Assembly: GCA_018985235.1 (NCBI GenBank)
Contig: JADGIG010000041.1
Span: 1 to 34,079 of the forward strand
Reading direction: 5' to 3'
Source: Sanchytrium tribonematis
Taxonomy: Eukaryota
Length of the DNA stretch: 34,079 nt
Shown here piece after piece: positions 30,575 to 34,079 of this stretch. Position 1 is the first letter of the stretch. Each line of letters starts with the position of its first letter. The notes below the pieces were generated by a model. That model saw only the letters and a list, made by a program, of their open reading frames with translations. It had not been told where the DNA came from and did no database searches. A program made the position numbers and the translations under genes.

Positions 30575-33095
30575 GGCTCTCCATCCCCTAGCACTACTGA
30601 TCACAATCAGTCGATTACTAGTCAATATATTCAAAGCCCCCAACCAACATGTCTGCTCCAATGCAGAATGTCCTACCAGATCCAAACCGCACCTATACAG
30701 CAGCCGAAATGCAAACTCTCTTGGACGCAGAACGACAGCGCGTCCTTGAGACTACAATCCTCCACTACCCCCAACTACCCAAAGCAGCTGGTTACGACCA
30801 CCTCCTGACGCAGTTCAATGGTAGTCTCAAAGACTAACTATACTACCTGGACATCTTATTTGAGGAAAGCAGCAACAATCAACATAAAAAGATGGTTTTA
30901 TTTGATTTATTACATGGTCGACCCCTATCTTTCTTAAAGGATCTTCCGGATGATCCCGTCCTCCCCTTTAAGGATCTTTGGGATAGGATTGTACAATCCA
31001 CCTTAAGCCTCGATGCCCTTAGTAAAGTCCAGGAACGCCTCGACAAGATGTACCTAGGGAATGAAGGATACTACACCTTCTTCAATTGTCTCCAAAAGGC
31101 GATGAAAGATGCCGAGAACATGAGTCCTTACTTGATATTGCCAAACGGGCTCGAGATCCTACTGCGTATGCAACGTGACTGTGAAATCTATGAGTCTTTT
31201 AAGAAGATTCTCACGGATAACCCCTCCATGGCCGTTCCGAAGCTCGTGCCTTTGCTTCAACAGCATTTGTCATCTCATTTAAGTATCGACCAAATGCCAG
31301 TAAAGTACAAATCTAGCCCAGACACACGCACAAAAAGTTAACGCCTCCGATAAAAGACCTTACAGATATGATCGACTTCGTCCTCGCAAGCCCTGTTTCT
31401 ATTGTAAGGCAGTTTATCCAGGACGTATCAAACAAGGCTGCACTAGGCATCCTGATAGCCCTAATTATCAACCTATCATTGGTGCTTCCAGAGTGCCCTC
31501 TACTAGAGGTTCCTCACCTGGTCGCTCACGTCACCCCTCAAATTATTCAAGACACCCCCACCCATCTCAACATCACAGTGGCTCCCCCATTCGCAGTGCA
31601 GATGTCCGTCATCTGTCTGCAGAAGTGGTCCCCGTCAGTCTTCTCAAAGAAAATTCACATCACCTGCCTCCCTCTGAGTTTACGGATTTCATTCCTGTTG
31701 ACCTACCCAGTCCCACTAAGCACCTTACACGAATGATCATCACCTTTCGCTACAAAAGACATGGCGTGTCACGCAGAAACTGGGACGCAGAGATGGAAGA
31801 TCGAATCTTTGAATGGCAGGTCAGCACGATTGGCACCTTGCCCTTCAAACTAGACAAGTACGCAGAACATCTACAATACGCTGATGATGACGACTGCCAG
31901 CATTTACGATGGCAGAGTGATGGTTTTGTGAATTCCAACCTCACGGCCCAAGATGACCCCATCGCCAAACGCATTAGCTGGTTCATTCTCCCTGCTTCCC
32001 TGTGCAACATGCATGCACTGGCTGACGAACGTCAATCACCCATCATTGGATTTGTGATTCCCTACCGCGCTCTCCTTGGACAGGCAAATTCTTCCTCGGC
32101 CAATCTCCTCACCGCTTTAGAATTTCTATGTAATTCACTCTTTACCAAGATAGATCAATCCTTCTTTGGAAAGAAGACCCCTGACCTACAATGCACCTTC
32201 AAATCGGCTCCTTCAATCTCCTTGACCTACAATGCACTGTCAAATTGGCTCCTTCTATCTCCAACATCCAAAATCACTTGCAGGATTAGGCGCTGCGCTG
32301 GTTCATCGACAGAAAGTGAGCCAACGCCTTCAAACACACAACCTTGTCGATTCCTTACTAAATCCCACTCTGCCTATTTTCCTTTAAGTGACTTCTTATA
32401 CTCCTGACTTCTCTTCTAAACCAATGTTTAGAGGTCTGATCAACCATAAACCTGTCATACTATTGAACACAGTGGCAGAAATCAACGCCATGTCCTATGC
32501 AACCACGTCTTCATTGGGACTCATCCCAAAGATGGTCCATGATGAAAGTCGCAATGTCGAGCGTAGTCTTGGCTACGTGATGGATCCGTTCCAGATGGAA
32601 TACTACCAAACCCCCACTCCAGTTTAAATCTGGGTGGTCACCAACAAAGTAGTGGCAGACCTAAAGATTTTATTTGGCAACCATTTATTAATCAGACTGA
32701 ATCACTTTGACGCTTTAGAAGTGGGCATGGATTTGGAAATCCCCCTCAAGAATCCAAAGACAGTCGTTTGCTGTTCTCATCCCCCCTCTCTCATGCAAAC
32801 AATGAGACCCAACTACATGAAGTGAAGGAAATGCTACGCATGGGCGTGATACGTTCCAGCAGATTCCACTTCAATTGCCTGACAAACCAGATGGCACCAA
32901 ACGCCACTGCAATGAACTCTCCTTCCTCAATAAACACATAGAAGACTTCAACTACATCCTACCCCGAGTGACGGACAATCTGTCGCGTTTCTTTGGGTTT
33001 GATCTCTTCTTTGTCCCAGATTTCCGTCACGGGTTCTGGCAGCTATCGCTTCTCGAGAAAGAAGGGTTCAAATCTGCTTTCTCTACCTCCATTAG
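30353..33095 (+). mobile_element. Third Ty3/Gypsy remnant (C-rich; LTR, gag, protease, partial RT)
   Basis: gag from ATG 30649 with a CFYC knuckle-like motif, degenerate protease ILLNTVAEINAMS, and RT KPDGTKRHC..LN, LPR and DFRHGFWQL..KSAFST. Truncated near 33095. Confidence 0.8.
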
Positions 33096-33382
33096 GTGAA
33101 CATCAAAGTCAGAAAAAATAAAGACGATTCTAACTATGCACCTTTAAACAATCTCGTCATTAACTATCAGGTTATAAGACTACGTGAAATAGGGCCACTA
33201 TGCATTCGTTTATACAGTTCATGTACATCTAAAATGATGTTTTCCAGATTATGTAGCCGTTGTACGTTAGTTGCCTTCTAATACATTTAGTTAAGTCTCA
33301 AGCTAGATTTAGGCGTGAATTCAATCTTATTTATTTTTTTAATCGATTTTAGTGTATTTACTTCATTAACCCTTCAAACAGA

Positions 33383-34079
33383 ATGCTTTTTGCTATTAAA
33401 TGTGCTGTACTGAGTATAGTCTTGGATATGATGAGTGAAAACACCAGGGGACCTAACATCACAACAATGCCTACTATTCCAGACATTCTGTTCTTAAATA
33501 ATGATAATGATTATTGTGTCAGTACTTACAGACTAAGCAAAGAAACAGTATTAGAAATTGTGAGTAAGATAGATCCACTTATTCCAGTCAGTAATGCCAC
33601 CAAATACAACACTTTAACCAAAGTTTTAATAACACTATTCTATCTTGCTCATGGATGCTCGTTTACATCAATGCAGGCTACGTTTAATGTAAGATCTACA
33701 ACAATTGAATATATAGTATGGCAAATTGTAGATTTAATTAACAACACGTATAGGGAATCTGCGATTAACTATAAACAGTACAATGAAGACTGGTTTACCA
33801 ACCAAGCGAATTTATTTGATGAAAGATATGATAATATCTCATATGGTGTATTTGGGGCTGTAGATTGTACTTATATCTACGTTATTACACCAGATAGTGA
33901 TCAATGGTTTGATTATATTGACAAAGATAAAGATATTTGCGTTAAAGCACAAGTTTTGTGTAATTTCAACTATGAGATTCTAGATGTTTTAGTTGGGTAT
34001 CCAGGTTGCGTCCACGATATATCCATATTCCAAGTAAGTAATTTATTTAATTACTTTGAAAACACTAGCAATTTTATAA
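33383..34079 (+). CDS. PIF/Harbinger (HARBI1-like) DDE transposase, open frame running off the window end
   Basis: Absent from the ORF track because it has no stop. Motifs YRLSKET, VLITLFYLAHG, FGAVDCTYI, KAQVLCN and GYPGCVHD. No stop from ATG 33383 to the end. CCC motif upstream. Confidence 0.88.
   Translation, partial: MLFAIKCAVLSIVLDMMSENTRGPNITTMPTIPDILFLNNDNDYCVSTYRLSKETVLEIVSKIDPLIPVSNATKYNTLTKVLITLFYLAHGCSFTSMQATFNVRSTTIEYIVWQIVDLINNTYRESAINYKQYNEDWFTNQANLFDERYDNISYGVFGAVDCTYIYVITPDSDQWFDYIDKDKDICVKAQVLCNFNYEILDVLVGYPGCVHDISIFQVSNLFNYFENTSNFI

Noticed and set aside
11484..33095. RIP-like C-to-T hypermutation of repeats
   Set aside because: Inferred nonsense changes are mixed (TGG>TGA, CAA>TAA, but also GAA>TAA, AAA>TAA, TAT>TAA) and indels are frequent. 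No clear bias is visible without a copy alignment.
1..34079. Prokaryotic features (operon, CRISPR array, prophage), tRNA or rRNA genes
   Set aside because: The genes are eukaryotic with spliceosomal introns. No repeat-spacer array, cloverleaf or rRNA signature was seen.

Overview
AT-rich eukaryotic DNA in the standard genetic code, most likely from an early-diverging fungus with a very compact genome. The taxon is inferred from a LYS12-type homoisocitrate dehydrogenase and the gene architecture. Bases 1-11311 hold ten tightly packed genes: adenylate kinase, ASF1, DES1, a USP deubiquitinase, GrpE, cytosolic HSP70, G6PD, an unknown ORF, LYS12 and VMP1. Four of them carry introns of only 19-20 nt with a fixed branch-point position. 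From about 11.5 kb to the end the window is a nested, mostly decayed transposon island: Tc1/IS630-like, Helitron, PIF/Harbinger-type, pogo, Ty3/Gypsy, LINE and a solo LTR. The most striking part is a Helitron Rep/PIF1-helicase gene abutting a three-gene cassette. The cassette encodes (1) a histone H3 N-tail look-alike joined to a chromodomain, (2) a bacterial/phage-type SSB, and (3) an F-box-like protein with a nucleotidyltransferase-like domain. All calls come from manual motif reading; no database searches were run.
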